Assembly: GCF_018977255.1 (NCBI RefSeq)
Contig: NW_024704742.1
Span: 130,760,001-130,824,000, forward strand
Length of the DNA: 64,000 nucleotides
Direction: 5' to 3'
DNA from: Callorhinchus milii
Taxonomy: Eukaryota
How positions within the stretch are numbered: position 1 is the first letter of the stretch; each line of letters opens with the position of its first letter. Shown piece by piece: positions 35,534 through 49,576 of this stretch. The notes beneath the pieces were generated by a model that did no database searches, was not told where the DNA came from, and worked only from the letters and a program-made list of their open reading frames with translations. Both the position numbers and the translations under genes were made by a program.

Positions 35534-38500
35534 TGACGTGAGGAGTTGGGTCCAAGCTGAGTTAGGGCTGTGTGGGGAAGGCTAAATTGGCGGCGCTACA
35601 GTGGGAAATTAATTGGACACAGTATTTTTTAATGAAAACACTATTCAGCTGAAATACTCCTTAAAGTCCATGTGGCATCCATTTTGTCAGCTTCAACTAA
35701 GAGGTGCTGGTAAAAAGCTCTTGATTAAGTTGTTGTGTGAGTACCACCGATGACAGCAACAAGGAGGTCAAACTTGTAAGCGCTCTGGCCTGCAACCCTG
35801 TGTGGAGGGTGCTATATAAATGCAAGTTGTTGTTTACAATACATAGCATTTCCATACAGAACAATAGTGCCCTCTGGAATTCCATCCCGGAGCCCCTCCG
35901 CCTCGTCCCCTCCCTCCCTTGCCTCCTTCAAGGCCCGTCTCAAGACCTTCCTCTTAGACCGTGCCTTCAAACTTCTTCCCTCCTCCATACACCACCCCCT
36001 CACTCCACTGCCCTTCACTCCTCTCTCATCCCAAGCCGCAGCTCGGGTGCAAACCCCGCATTGTCCAGAGCCTTGGGACGTCCCCCCCGATATGAAAGGC
36101 GCTTTATAAAGGCAATTTGTTGTTGTTGTAACGGATGAGCCCACAATTGGGCTGTTCAAAAAAATAAGGGCTGCTGTGGGCAGTGATTTGGCTCCTTTGG
36201 GGATGGAAATGCTATATGCGATGTGACAATTATCACTGGTGTCAATTATTACAGGTGATAATTATCACATTGCCGGAAATTGCTGTCAAAAGCAGTGTCT
36301 AGATTCTGGTGTGAACAGCTCACTCCCCAGATCTGAAACTGGGGAAAGCTTTCAACCACTATCATTGTTGCTGTCTCGCTGCAGAGGGTTTCAGTGCCAT
36401 GGCACATAGCCTAACTCAATCACTATCAACAACAACTTGCATTTATACAACACCCTTCACGCAGGGTAGTGTCTCAGGAGCGCTTAACTCAAGCATTGAT
36501 AGCTGAAGACTGTTCAGCAACACAGTTTTTCCGGCTGGTGTGCTAATTATCACCTGGGTGTGAAGTTGAAATGTGTAAAATGCAAAGTTTTGTAACAGAT
36601 TAGATGTGGATCGCATTCAAATCCATTGTGAAATGTTAGGTTTTTAAACTCCCAAGTCATTTTTCATTCCCTTATTTGGAAGTGAAAGAGATAAGTTTCA
36701 CTCGAGCTTTTTAAAAAAAAATGTTATTGCATCTCTGACTGACAACTTCTGATGTCAACAGTTCCCGTTTCTCACAAGCTGTTTTCTAAATGTTTCTTTT
36801 TCTACTTTGGGTTTGAGCCTGGAAACCGTTCCGGTAGTGAAAGAGTTAACCAATAGTTTTGCCTTTGCAACCCCGTGGAGACAGGGTCATGTTATGTGTC
36901 ACTTTGTCAAGATGACATTACGCGCGAGTGACAATAAGCAGTTGGATTTTATGTGGGATTTGTGTCTACCCCCTGCATGTTTCATCCTCACATTGAAATG
37001 CTTCTTGAATCTTGCACAGTCCTACCTCTGCAATGTCCTGGGGCATTTATTATCCTGGCTGCTCTCTCCACTCAGCAAGTCTTAGCCTCCATCACGTCTC
37101 TTGCCTGATCGACCTAACATCAGGTGAAGAGCCTTCAAACACTCTGCCCCTTTTCTCCGGAACTCCCTCCGTCTTGCCCCCTCCCTCCCTTTCTGCCTTC
37201 AAAACCCTTCTAGAGACATGTCTCCTCCAACCCCACACCGCCTGCTCAGGCTCCCAGTCAGTGTGTGAAGCGCTGTGAGATGTCCTCTGGTAGGAAAAGC
37301 CCTATACATTTGTATGTAAATTATTGCAATCAAAGTACAGTTATTCTGCAAATATCTTTCCATGAAGGAGGCAGCGCTTTACGACACCAGGGGAGAAATT
37401 CCATCTGATTCCAGATTTACTCCATTTTCTTAGCATTTCAGAGTTTCATTAAATTCTTAAATTCAATCTTGATTTTGAAGCCGTTTTTTTCTGTTTCTTT
37501 TAAGAACTGGAGAAAACTGGCTTTAAAACGAAGACTGAATTCAACAATTGGCCAAATTCTGGAAACTCTGAAGTACCTGGAAAATAGAATAAATCTAGAC
37601 TCAGTTCCTACTCCATCATTTCTTTTGTGCACAGCTCAGGAAAATGGGCAGAAAACAATTTGAGATGTCTCAACGACGTGATAAAGGCCTATATCAAATG
37701 CAAGGATTTTTATTATCATTTCACTTCAACACTGTATATAAGCTGGACTTCACTTGTTCCAACGCAAAACACATACTTTCACTTTTTATTACTACTATTT
37801 CTGCTTTATTTTTGTGTAATAACTCTTTATCCTTTATTGCCTTTGTGTAACATTTCTGTTTTATCCAATAAAGGATTGGGGAAAATTGTTGCTCTCGAGA
37901 TATTGTTGAAAAGCAATGGCATGTTGAGATGTTCAGCTCTGTGAAAAAACAGAACATGGGTAGTGGAGGGGAGAGGGAGGGACATGTCTGCCAAATCAAG
38001 TGGATGTTAAAGATCTCTTGGCACCATTCGAAAAGAGAAGGGAGTGTCTCTTGCTGTCCTGGGTCAACAATCCCCCAAATAATATTGGTCACTCATTTCA
38101 TGGCTGTTTGTGGAACTTTCTGTGTGCAGATTAGCTGCTGCGTTCGCCTGCAAAATACACAGTCACTTCACTTTACAGTGTATCCTGTGAAGCACTGTAA
38201 GGCATTCTCCTGACGTGAAAGGCATTATACCAACTGTAAGGATTATTATTTATTAAGTTGGCTGGTGCTAGTGGCATAATAGCTCCATTCAGCCAACACA
38301 CAAGAATAGCCAGGCGCACCTTACTTACTTTAAAATAACTGAGGTATTAGAACATCATCCAGTTATATGAAGGGTGGCCTATTGAAAGACATTGGGCACC
38401 CTCATGTGTTCATGTGCAGTTGACGAAGGGTGGGCAAGATGGCTGAAAGGATAGTCGAAGACATAGTTCTCAAGTTAGATCTTGTAAGGAGGGAGGGAGG

Positions 38501-39833
38501 AGGGAGGGGCAAGGCAGAGGGACCCTAATGTGGAGTTCCAGAGAGTGGGTTTACCTAATACTAGAGCTGCAGCAGGGGTGGGGGGGATGGTTGGTTGGGA
38601 GGGGAAAGCTGACCGAATGCACAGTTAAGGAGGAAGATCTTGAGACAGAGCTTGAAAGAGGTGAGGGAGGGAGCGAGACCGAGGGACTCCAGGATGGAAT
38701 CCCAGAGAATGGGGCAGATAGGCTGAAAGCCTGACCACTGATGGTGGGGCGGGCAAGGTGGAGGACATGAAGCAGTCCAGTGTCCGCTGAGCAAAGGGAG
38801 TGCCCAGGTTGGTATGGGTTCCAAGGTTTAATTTGGCCTCTTCACTTTGTTGGCTGAATCTAAGGATACTAGGGAATAACATACAATGATGCACAATGTT
38901 CGATTCCCGGTAGGGCGAAACCTTAGGCAAGTTTCCTTACTCCACACACGTCTTTACCTAGCAATAAATAGGAACGGTAAGTTGGTTGTTAGTCGATTGG
39001 CAGATTGCTTTTCCGCGAGTAATAAACCCTTCAAAATAATAATAATAATTTGGTCACTCAATAAACAGTTTGTGCGACACTGCTGTGCCTAATTGGCTGT
39101 CGCATTTCGCCCACAATATATACAGTCAATTGACTTTACAGTGCATAGTATATTCTGTGAAGCGCTTTGAGACGTGATAAGGCACAGATTTTATTATTAT
39201 TATAATGGTTTGAGGATTCGTGACTTCAGGGCTGAACTGACATTGAAATGTTACTTATTTCCACACCAAGCAAGCAGCATTTCTACATGTTTCATCCCAG
39301 AAACAATATTAGTATTGGTTGGTCTTTGAACTGATAATAGTTCTAATGCACACACTTTCAATATTCTCCAATTATATGTCGTACAAAATGTTTTTCTTTG
39401 TCGCCCTAACCCCCACCCGCCCGCCGAAACCCACCCCACAATAGAACCAATCATTTTAAAATATATTAAAAATATTTTTAAATATTTTATGTGCTAAATT
39501 TCACGTCGCTGATTCTGATGCTAGCTGGAGGTCATTCTTCTCTCACGATATTATTAATAATAATATTTCTTGCAATTATTATTGCACCTTAACACGTCAT
39601 TGTATTTTGTGGGCAAAACGCAGCAGGCAATTGCGTACAGCAGTGTCCCACAAACTGTCGTGGATTATTACCCTGGAAAAGCGATCCGCCAATCGACTAA
39701 CAACCGAGTTCCTACTTACTGCTAGGCGTGTGGATTAAGGAAAGTTGTCTAAAGTCTTGCCCTACCCGGGAATCGAATCCGGGTCCTCTCGCTTTAGAGG
39801 CAAGTGGTCTAACAAATATGCACAGCTTTATCG

Positions 39834-40215
39834 TAGAATCATAGAATTATACAGCACATTTGGTTCATCGTGTCTGTACTGGCTCTTTGAAAAGAGCTAC
39901 CCAATTCAATTCCACTCCTCCACTCTCTCCCCCTAGCCCTGTGAACTTGTCCTCCCCAAATAATTATCTAAGCTTTAGCTATTTATCTAATTCTCTTTTG
40001 AAAACGAATATGGCTTCTGCCTTAACCACCAATCCCAGCAGGGTGTTCCGTATCCTAACAAGTCTGTGCACGAAAAATAATTCTCCTAACCTCAGCATTT
40101 GCTCATTTACTAGCTATTTTAAATTGATGCCCTCTGGTCACTGACTCACCAACCAGTGAAAACAATTTCTCCCTTTTGACTCTGCCAAAACCTCATCATA
40201 ATTGTAAAGTCCGCT
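39834..40215 (-). mobile_element. CR1-clade LINE 3' fragment, degenerate
   Basis: (ATAGAATC)-type terminal repeat and similarity to the 3' part of 42463-43505. Confidence 0.6.
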
Positions 40216-42462
40216 CTCATCGAGGCATTTGGAAAATTGTTACATTATGTACCACAAGACCATCTTTTGCTTTGCATTTGTCCTGTGAGAGCTTTGTTTG
40301 AGAGGACCGGACATTTTGAAGGGCAATGTGAATATGTGCACTGGTGGTGGAGAGGTTTCTATCAGACTTGCTAGTATTTCTTTTATTTTAATTTTATTTT
40401 TAGTATTTCTTATCACGCCTCGAAGATGTGATAAGGCGCTATATCAAATTCAAGGATTATTATTATTACTATTCTAATTTCATGCTTACATGCTCCCCCA
40501 TGAAGCACACAGTGACTCCACTTTACAGTAATAATAATCCTTGCATTTGAAATAATAATAATAATAATAATCCTTGCATTTGATATAGCGCTTTTCACGT
40601 CAGGAGGACGTCCCAAAGCGCTTCACAGAACACACTGTAAAGTGAATTGACTGTATATTTGTGGGCAAAATGTGGCAGCCAATTGCGCACAGCAGTGTCC
40701 CACAAACAGTCGTGGTTTGAAGTGGCCAATTTATTATTGTTTTATTTTCTTAAAACAGTATATACTGTGAAGCATTTTGGGATGTCCTCCCAACATGAAA
40801 GGATGTAAAGATTAATACCAAATGTAAGGATTAATGCTTTATATTGTATTATTATTAAATCAATGGATTTGTGTTGCACGACAATCAGTTTTGCAGAGGA
40901 TAAAATAATAAAAATAATCCTTGCATTTGATCTAGCGTTTTTCACGTCTTTTCGACGTCTCAAAGCTCTTCACACAATATACTGTGAAGTGAATTGACTG
41001 TGTATTTGTGGGCGAAACTCGGCAGCCAATTGTTGCTCAGCAGTGTCCCACAAACAGTTGTGGATTGAAGTGAACAATTTATTATTGTTTTTTTCTTGAG
41101 GGATTACTATCAGGCGTGTGGAGAAAGGAAACTTGCCCGAAGCTGTTGTTCTGAAGCTGCTCTATTTTATTATTTTTAAAATTTCTTAGGTAACTTTTGA
41201 CATTGTGACAGCAAAGTAGAGGGCTGTGATGTAAATTTTTGATACCTACTGTATTTTTGCCCACAAAATACACAGTCAATCCACTTTACAATATATTCTG
41301 TGAGGCACTTTGAGACGTCTCAATGACGTGATAAGGCACTGTATCAAATTCAAGGATTATTATTATTGTTATATAGTGCATGCCAATATAAGAATGGATC
41401 CAATAGAAGTGAAAACAAACAGTTTGTCAGCCTGACAAAGTTGGTAACTCTCTGGTCTCTGAGTCAGTTGGTAGTGGGTTCCATCCGTATTTTGATACAA
41501 GCCACATGATGGCACTGATTCGTAGTCTAAGTTAAAGCTCCAGTGCAATACGGTGGGTGGGGGGGGGAACGAGTGTTGAATTATCAGAGGTGCCATTCTT
41601 TGGATAAGACATTCAACTGAGGTCCCATCTGCTTGCTCCCAGCCCTCTGCTAATGCTGATCTTGAGATTCAACAAAACAATTGTGAGAGAGCATCCTGCA
41701 GTGTCTTTCTCTCGAGTTAACCTGCACAAAGAGGGGCAAGAGGTGCAGGAATTATCAGAATGCTGAGAAATGCTTGAAGACCACCTGTTACCACGCCACA
41801 TGTAGAACAATGTTCTGATGCGAGTACCAATGTCATTGTAGATTTTTTCAAATTTGAGGACAGAAGGCAAAGATCCCTTGAAACGTTGACGCAAAAATAT
41901 ATTTTGTGGAAGATCAGCAAAACATGTGAGTGTGGAGTGTTCAGGCAAAAAAAGAGCAATAGTGTTCAATACATGGTTCTTTTCTTTCAGTTACACCTCA
42001 GGTAGCTTGAGATTTATTTAGGTTGATAGGAACAGCTTGCTGTCATTTTTGCCCCAAGGACACTCCCGGACAGGTTTTGAGAACTCTGTTGACTCTATCA
42101 GAGCATCTGATGATTAATTACCTTGACATCATTTGTTCTCAAAAGCTTATTGTGAAATAATCTGATTTAATTTTTTTCCAATCCAACAATCTCAATCCAG
42201 TGAGCCTGAAGGTTTTGGCTCGATGTAGACAATATTTGATCTGTCTTGTTCGTGGCAACGTTGCACTGACTAAATACTTTCACATTTTAAGTTTATCTTC
42301 ATTTTAAGTGCCTTGAGTTGTTGTCCCACTGTGAAAGACCTTTTACTTTCAGATATCCCTCCTTACCTTCTTTTTGGGAAACATACAGTAAAAAATAGTC
42401 GTATCATTTGGGACCATACATTTAATACAACCTATGCAAAGCATGAGTTATGTCAAACTTAC

Positions 42463-43505
42463 ATAGAAACATAGGAACATAGGAATTAGGAGCAGGAGTA
42501 GGCCATTCGGCCCCTTGAGCCTGCCCCGCCATTCGATAAAATCATGGCTGATCTTCTAACCTAACTCCATCTGTCCGCCTTATCCCCATCTCCGTTAATC
42601 CCTCTATCTTTTGGAAATCTATCAATCTCAGTCTTGAACATGTTCAAGGACTGAGCATCTACAGCCTTCTGGGGTAGAGAATTCCATAAATTCACTACTC
42701 TCTGAGTGAAGAAGTGTTTCCTCAACTCTGTTCGAAAGGGCTGACCCTTAATCTTAAGACTGTGACCCCTGGTTATAGATTCTCCTACCAGGGGAATCAG
42801 TCTCACACTGTTGACTCTGTCAAGCCCCATAAGAATCTTATATGTTTCTATAAGATCACCCCTAATTCTTCTATATTTTAGAGAATATAGGCCTAGTTTA
42901 CTCAACCTATCTTCATAGGTCAACCCCCTCATCCCAGGAACTAACCTAGTGAATCTACGCTGCACCACCTCTAAGGCGAGTATGTTCTTTCTTAAATAAG
43001 GAGACGAGAACTGCACACAATATTCTAGGTGTGGTTTCACCAAGGCCTTATACAGTTGCAGCAAGACTTCCCTACTCTTGTATTCTAACCCTTTTGCAAT
43101 AAACACCAAGAGGCCATGAGCATTCCTAGTTGCTTGCTGTACCTGCATATTAACTTTTTGTGGCTGGGTACAAGGACACCCAAATCCCTCTGAACACTAA
43201 AACTATTTAGTCTCTCCCCCTCTAGAAAATAATCTACTTTTCTGTTTTTACTACCTAGGTGAATAATTTCACACTTCCCCACGTTACACTCCATCTGTCC
43301 CCTTCTTGCCCAATCACCTAACCTATTTATATCCCTTTGCAATCCTCTTTTTGTGTCATCCGCAGAGCTTACTCTCCCACCTAGCTTAATATCATCCACA
43401 AAATTAGATATTTTAAGTTCTATGTCCTCATCTAGATCATTGATATAGATTGTAAATAGTTGAGGCCCAAGCACTGATCTTTATGGCACTCCACTAGTCA
43501 CATCT
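42463..43505 (-). mobile_element. CR1-clade LINE, 5'-truncated, RT C-terminal region with a frameshift
   Basis: Overlapping ORFs 43085-43474 (LGPQLFTIYINDLD..FVDDIKLGG) and 42561-43148 (LYKALVKPHLEYCVQF..TRGHSLKI..FFTQRVVNLWNSLP), plus an (ACATAGGA)n-type terminal repeat. Confidence 0.92.
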
Positions 43506-45132
43506 TGTTTATACAATATAAACTCTTGAACGGGACCTGGGCAGATGTATGACTTAGGCGATTGTAGATTTATATAGATCAGACTTATGAACATTTTATT
43601 GTACTTCACTTCAATTCACAGCTGAACACATTGTGCAGGTAAGGGCAATGCAAAGCTTGATTGTTCCACTCCTAGCCCAACATTTTGGAACATCAAGGTG
43701 CATTACTCTCACACTGTCTTTACATTACATTACCTTTTCACTCGTGCAGGATCTTCCATAAGCACCATCCTTTTCAGCACCACGTATTCCCATTAGTGCG
43801 TCTTTACACTGAGTTCTCCTCACTCTGCCAGGCTTGAGCCACATAATGACAGGGTCAGATTGAGGAACAGCAGTTTAATCTGTTTAGCTGTTATTACGTA
43901 CCTCAGGGGACTGTTGTTTACAGTGCTTCAATTTCATCATTCATAACAACTACATCACCACCTACAAAAAGGTCAGTGTCACGTGTATGTTTTGCACAGT
44001 AATTTCTTAATTGTCTGAGACCAATTTTCACCTTTGTGGTTATGGAGTGGTCTTCAGGACTTTGAATTGACCATGTCCTAGTAGGAGCGATAAGCTACAT
44101 CTTCTGTTAAGCTTGAAGCACACTCTAAGAACTGGAACCTCCCAGGATTTCTTAAGCAGTGTTTAATATTACTAATTTGCAGTATTTCCTAACAGGATTC
44201 CATGATGATGATTTGTTCAAAGAAATCATGGAGTCCTATAGCTCACCTCGCAAGCGAAAGGACCTGGGATTGATTCCCGGGCGGGGCGAAAGCTTAGACA
44301 AATTTCCTTACTCCACATATAGCAGTAAGAGGAACCCGGTTGTTAGTCGATTGGCGAATTGCTTTTCTGGGGGAAATAATCTCTTTAAAAAAAATTAAAA
44401 ATAAGGATAGTTTGGTCACTCAATCCATGACTGTTTGTGGGACACTTTTGTGAGCAGTTGGCTGTTGTGTTTTGCCACAAAATATACAGCCAATCCATTT
44501 CACAGTATATTCTGTGAAGCACTTTGAGACGTCTCAAAGAGGTGATAAGGCGCCATATCAAATGCAAATATTATTATTATTATTATTATTATTATCACAG
44601 TCGCACAGATTGGAAAGTCTTTTACTACCTGGCTATATGTGCGTTACATCAACCTTAGGTGATTTTGCTCTGAAGTGATCTACGCCCTAAGTGGAGTTCC
44701 AATTGACGCTGAAAATTCTAAAGATAAAATAATCTTTTAATCCTTATTTCTGATCTAGTGCCTTTCCTGTTTGGCAGGTTGTCTGTCCCAAAGCGCTCAA
44801 GTGCAATTTGAGGTATTTCGGTGAGAAAGGTATTGTTCTCGGGTCTTGAATGGGAACAGATTTGGATCTGGAGCAAACAGGATTACAGTCTTATGTGCTC
44901 CAACATGACCATTCATTTACATTTTGCAACTAGATCTTTGAATTCTCTACTGGTGTTGTTGCTATGACAAAGTGACCCGAAGGGGTTTATCTCTTTCCAT
45001 GTTTCATTACTGTGAAAAACTTATTTGTGGCTCAATCTTTCAGTGCAATTCAACAGAAAAGCTTGTACCCACCCGCCCATCCATCCATCCATGCACCCGC
45101 TTGACCAATTGCATCTGTACATCAATTCCACC

Positions 45133-45510
45133 TGGAGTCCTTTAACTCAGTGGTTAAAGCACTTGCCGCGCAAACGTGAGGATCTGGGTTCTATTCCCAG
45201 CAGAGTGAAACGTTGGGCAAGTTTCCTTACTCCACACGCTTCTGTTTACCCAGCAGTAAGTAGGATCCCGGTTGTTAGTCAATTTGCGGATCACTTTTCC
45301 AGGGGTAATAATCCTTCCTACAAAAACAATAATAATTTGGTCACTCAATCCACGACTGTTTGTGGGACGCTGCTGTGCGCAATTGGCTGTCGCGTTTCGC
45401 CCATAAAATATACAGTCAATTCACTTTACAGTATATTCTGTGAAGCGCTTTGAGACGTCTCGAAGACTTGGTAAGGCGTTATATCAAATGCAAGGATTAT
45501 TATTATTATT
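45133..45510 (+). mobile_element. tRNA(Ala)-derived SINE, long form
   Basis: Full-length family copy. Confidence 0.88.
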
Positions 45511-48500
45511 CTGTCCCATTTGTCCATCTGTCCGTCCAATGTATACATTTAGAAACATAGAAATCTACAGCTCAGAAAGAGGCCATTCGACCCATTGAGT
45601 TTGCACCAGCTCACAGTGCAAGAAGATTAATTCAATCTCGCTTTATCTTGCCTGGCTTATCCACACACCCCATTCAAGCCCTCTCTTTCTCTTTATCTGT
45701 CTTCTTCCCTCTTCAAATCCACAATGGACTCCACTTCCACTTCCTACTTTGCAGGGTGTTCTACATCCCAACAACTCTCTGGGTGAAAGAATTCCTTCTA
45801 AGTTCTCCTTTCGATCTTCTTGTGATCACATTACAACCATGTCACTAGTCTCCTAGTCCATCCTGTCCCAACTGTCCACCCACCCTATCCCAACCAACCC
45901 TCCGTGCACCCAGTTTTACGGGGGAATGGTTTCTGTCAGTGCGGTTAGCAAGTGGTCTGGGATATTCCTTGACACCAGGTTACACTGCTGGCTGTCTAAG
46001 AGTATGGTTGCTGTGTGGGCAGCAGCTTCTACATTACAAACAAATTCACATACCCAGGCATTCACGGGTATGTGTGTGTGTGTGCATTATTCTCATACTG
46101 TAGGTTTAACTTAAAAAATAAGACAAGATTCTCTTTAATTGGTGAGATTTAAAGTCAAGGTATATGTTGGTCTTTAGCTTAGTCTGTCATCTTTATAACC
46201 ATGACTTGGACAGTAGCTGCTGTCAGGCTGGAGGATTTCAAACATTACTCTTTATGTTGTGATTGAATTGCCAAAGTCAACTCTGAAGTCTTTCTGTAGA
46301 GCTGAATAAATGTTGATTTTCAAGCCAGTTCTTCACTCGAGCAAAGCCCAGGACATAAATCACATGGATTTTATGTGTAAATGATGTGTAAATTTCAGGG
46401 TGTTGGAGGGGGGAAGGGAGGGGAATGGGGAGGTCTACTTGCAACAGGGTAATTGTTAATTTGCAGAAGGGCAGTTCCTAAACTGTGGATCTAGTAATGG
46501 TAAATATATACGGGATTGACTATTTCTTTGGGGGTCAGCCGGGTGTCAGACACGTTTGGAAAGCCATCACCATTGCTTAAGAGTATCCAAACCAAGCTGA
46601 GAATTCGCTGCATCCCACCTCCACATGGAAATTACAGAGATAGATTGTAGGAATGGAATGCACACTCTGTCCCCGAGGGTCACATCCTGTTTACCTAATT
46701 CTGGAAAACATTGACTAACATAGATTAAATATGATTGCGAATGCCAGCTACATAGTTTCAGTAAACTAAATCCTCTAGGACTCACCAACAGGACAAAGAA
46801 CCACCAATTACCCTCCAGACTCGATTAATAATAGCAAAGCAGTCACGCCCTAGTTTCGGTTGTGTTATCAATTAAAATGTCCTACACGCAATTCTGTCAA
46901 GTTCAATTACTGTTTGATATAGGATTATCAGGCTCAAACTTCATTTGAGCTGGAGAAACTTGCCCATTTTTTTTGCCGACATTTACAAATAGTGCCTTAA
47001 TGGATGGGGTGGGACAAGAAGTGGTAAGCTTGGCAGACAGTGCTTTCAATGGCAAGCTACGCTTTTTCCGCTGGTTAAACAACCTGGTCTCGTCAAGCCT
47101 TGGCTCTTGCCAACCTGCACCGAATACTCTGCGGAATTAGGTAAAGTGGATGTGTTTCTCTGGTGCATTCCAGTTCAAACATGGGAATTTCCATGTGTAA
47201 GAGGGACTTTGAAAATAGGATTTTTTTTATTGAAACTCCCAAATCTTGTGTATCTCCACAAAGTTCCCTCTGAGACAACAACAACAATTTACATTTGTAT
47301 AGTGCCTTTCAGGTGGAAACCTATCACCGTGCTTAACAGTATTGAAATTGAACTGAAACTTGAGCTATTTAATGGAATGTGCACTCTCTCCCTGGAGGGA
47401 CACATCCTTGCTTACCTAATTTTAGAAACTATTAGGCGCAGGTTGAGCTAAAGCTTGGGGACCCCAGAGAGTGCATTGGGGTAACCAGCAAAATCCGCAT
47501 AGCTTGCCATTGAGAGCAGTGCTTGGTAAGCTTCCCACTGCTGGTCCAGCTAGGACCACCTTACGCTTTAGGGCTTTGGCTTGCAGGATTAACAGGCACT
47601 AAGTGGTAAGAGTCCCTGTTCCCAGTGACAGGTCAGGCCTTCCAAGTCCTGCCAATTCGCCAGACTGGCTGTGCTGGTGCAAGGATACACACTCCACCTC
47701 ACCAAGAGTCTGGAACTTGGTGTTTTGGTTGAACCTCAACTTTATGAATTTTATAGCGGATCCTGTCTTATTCGAAACTCTTGCTTTTAAGTTCTGTAAG
47801 GCAACCCTCTGTGACGGTCTGTGACCGTTTCATGGTAGTTCAGTTCATGAGACCCCTGAAAACGTTGACACAATGAAACAACATTTTGTGGAAAATCAGC
47901 AAAATATGTGAGTGTGGAGTGTTTCTGAGCTCAATCAATTGGAAACCACAACAACTTGCATTTATATAGCACACCGACGGCATCTTGGAGATGGATTCGT
48001 CCTGGGGATCAGAGATAAAGAAGAATAGAGAGCCTGGTGTTGCGGGTTCCCCGGGTGTGATCTTTTTCACCTGGATGTCCTTGGTGTTTCTTCTACACAC
48101 CTGTCCTTTGGTTCCTTCACAGTGTCCTTCCATCATGGTCGATTCAGTGCTGGATGCACTGTTCCTTTGGTCCAAAGAGGAACGGACGAAAGGAACCGGT
48201 CTAGTTCTTTTCTGAAACCATCTGTTATTTTCTTTCAATTACACCTCAACAACAAAACAACAACAATTTGCATTTATTTAGCTCTCTCAAGCAGAGTAGC
48301 GTCCCAGAGCGCTTAACAGTTTCGGCGCACAATGCCCAGACAGTGATCAATATCTCAATATATATATACACACACACACTGTATATATTTCTCAGGTAGT
48401 CTGAGAGCCATCTCAGGTGATAGGAACAAAATATTTTTTGCAGGGACAGGCTTTGAAAATTCTGATGACTTTTCATAGGAGAAACTATTTCCACTGGTGG

Positions 48501-49258
48501 GTGGGTCGGTAACCCAAGGACACCGATTTAAAATAGTTGTTAAAAGAAACAGAGAGGAGGTGAGGTGAAATTTGTTTACACAACGAGTTGTTCAGATCTG
48601 GAATGCATTGCCTGAAAGGATGGCGGAAATCGATTCGATAACAGCTTTTAAGAGAGAAGTAGATAATTATTTGGAGAGGACAAGTATGCAAGTCTGTTCT
48701 TCCACCTTTAAAGATCTATGTATCTGCACCCTGGATTGTAGAATTTACTGCATGAGATGTGCCAATTGTTATTTTGGGTTATTCTGCTCCTGGAGATGCC
48801 TTAGTTGGTGATTTGGGAAGGATGTGATACTTTTTACTTTCAGATACATCAGAATTTGAACTCACATAATCTTAGCTGATACTCCAATGAAACAATGGGG
48901 GTCCATTGCAATTTTGGAGTTGCCGTCCTTCGAATGAGATGTTAAACCGAGATCTCATCTACCTGTCTCCTGGTGGCACTATTCAAAAATAGAAGGGAAC
49001 TTTCTCCTGGTGTACTCTCCAAATAAAATTGGTCACTCACTCCATGGCTGTTTGTGGGACATTGCTGTGTGCAACTGTCTTGCCATGTTTGCCTACAAAT
49101 ACACAGTTTCATTTTACAGTAAACCCTATGAAGAGCTTTGAGACATCCTTTTGATGTGAGGAGGTGCTATACCAAATGCAGGGATTATTATTATTATTCG
49201 CCCACAAAATATACAGTCGATTCACTTTACAATATATTCTGTGAAGCACTTTGAGATG

Positions 49259-49576
49259 ATAATAATAATAATCCTTGCATTTGATATAGCGCTATTCACG
49301 TCTTCTAGACATCTCAAAGAGCTTCACAGAATATGCTGTAAAGTGAATTGACTGTATATTTGTGGGCGAAATGCGGCAGCCAATTGCGCACAGCAGTGTC
49401 CCACAAACAGTCGTGGATTGAAGTGACCAATTTATTATTGTGTTTTTTTTTCTTGAGGCATTATTATCAGGTGTGTGGAGTAAGGAAACTTGTCCAAGGT
49501 TTCACTCTGCCAGGAATCGAACCCAGCTCTCTTTCTTGCAAAGCGTGTGCTCTAACCACTGAGCTACAGGACTCCA
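49259..49576 (-). mobile_element. tRNA(Ala)-derived SINE, short form
   Basis: Reverse-oriented family copy. Confidence 0.88.

Noticed and set aside
37390..37620. Imperfect palindrome downstream of copy B as a regulatory RNA hairpin
   Set aside because: Related sequence occurs at about 12155-12230 and 24231-24312, so it is more likely a degenerate MITE-like repeat
42561..43474. Reverse-transcriptase ORFs as a novel or domesticated RT system
   Set aside because: Ordinary 5'-truncated, frameshifted CR1 copy
47950..48225. Minus-strand 132-aa ORF and plus-strand 76-aa ORF
   Set aside because: Another minus frame reads DGFRKELDRFL, a LINE ORF2-type C-terminus, and the segment ends in a retroposon tail; likely a LINE 3' fragment
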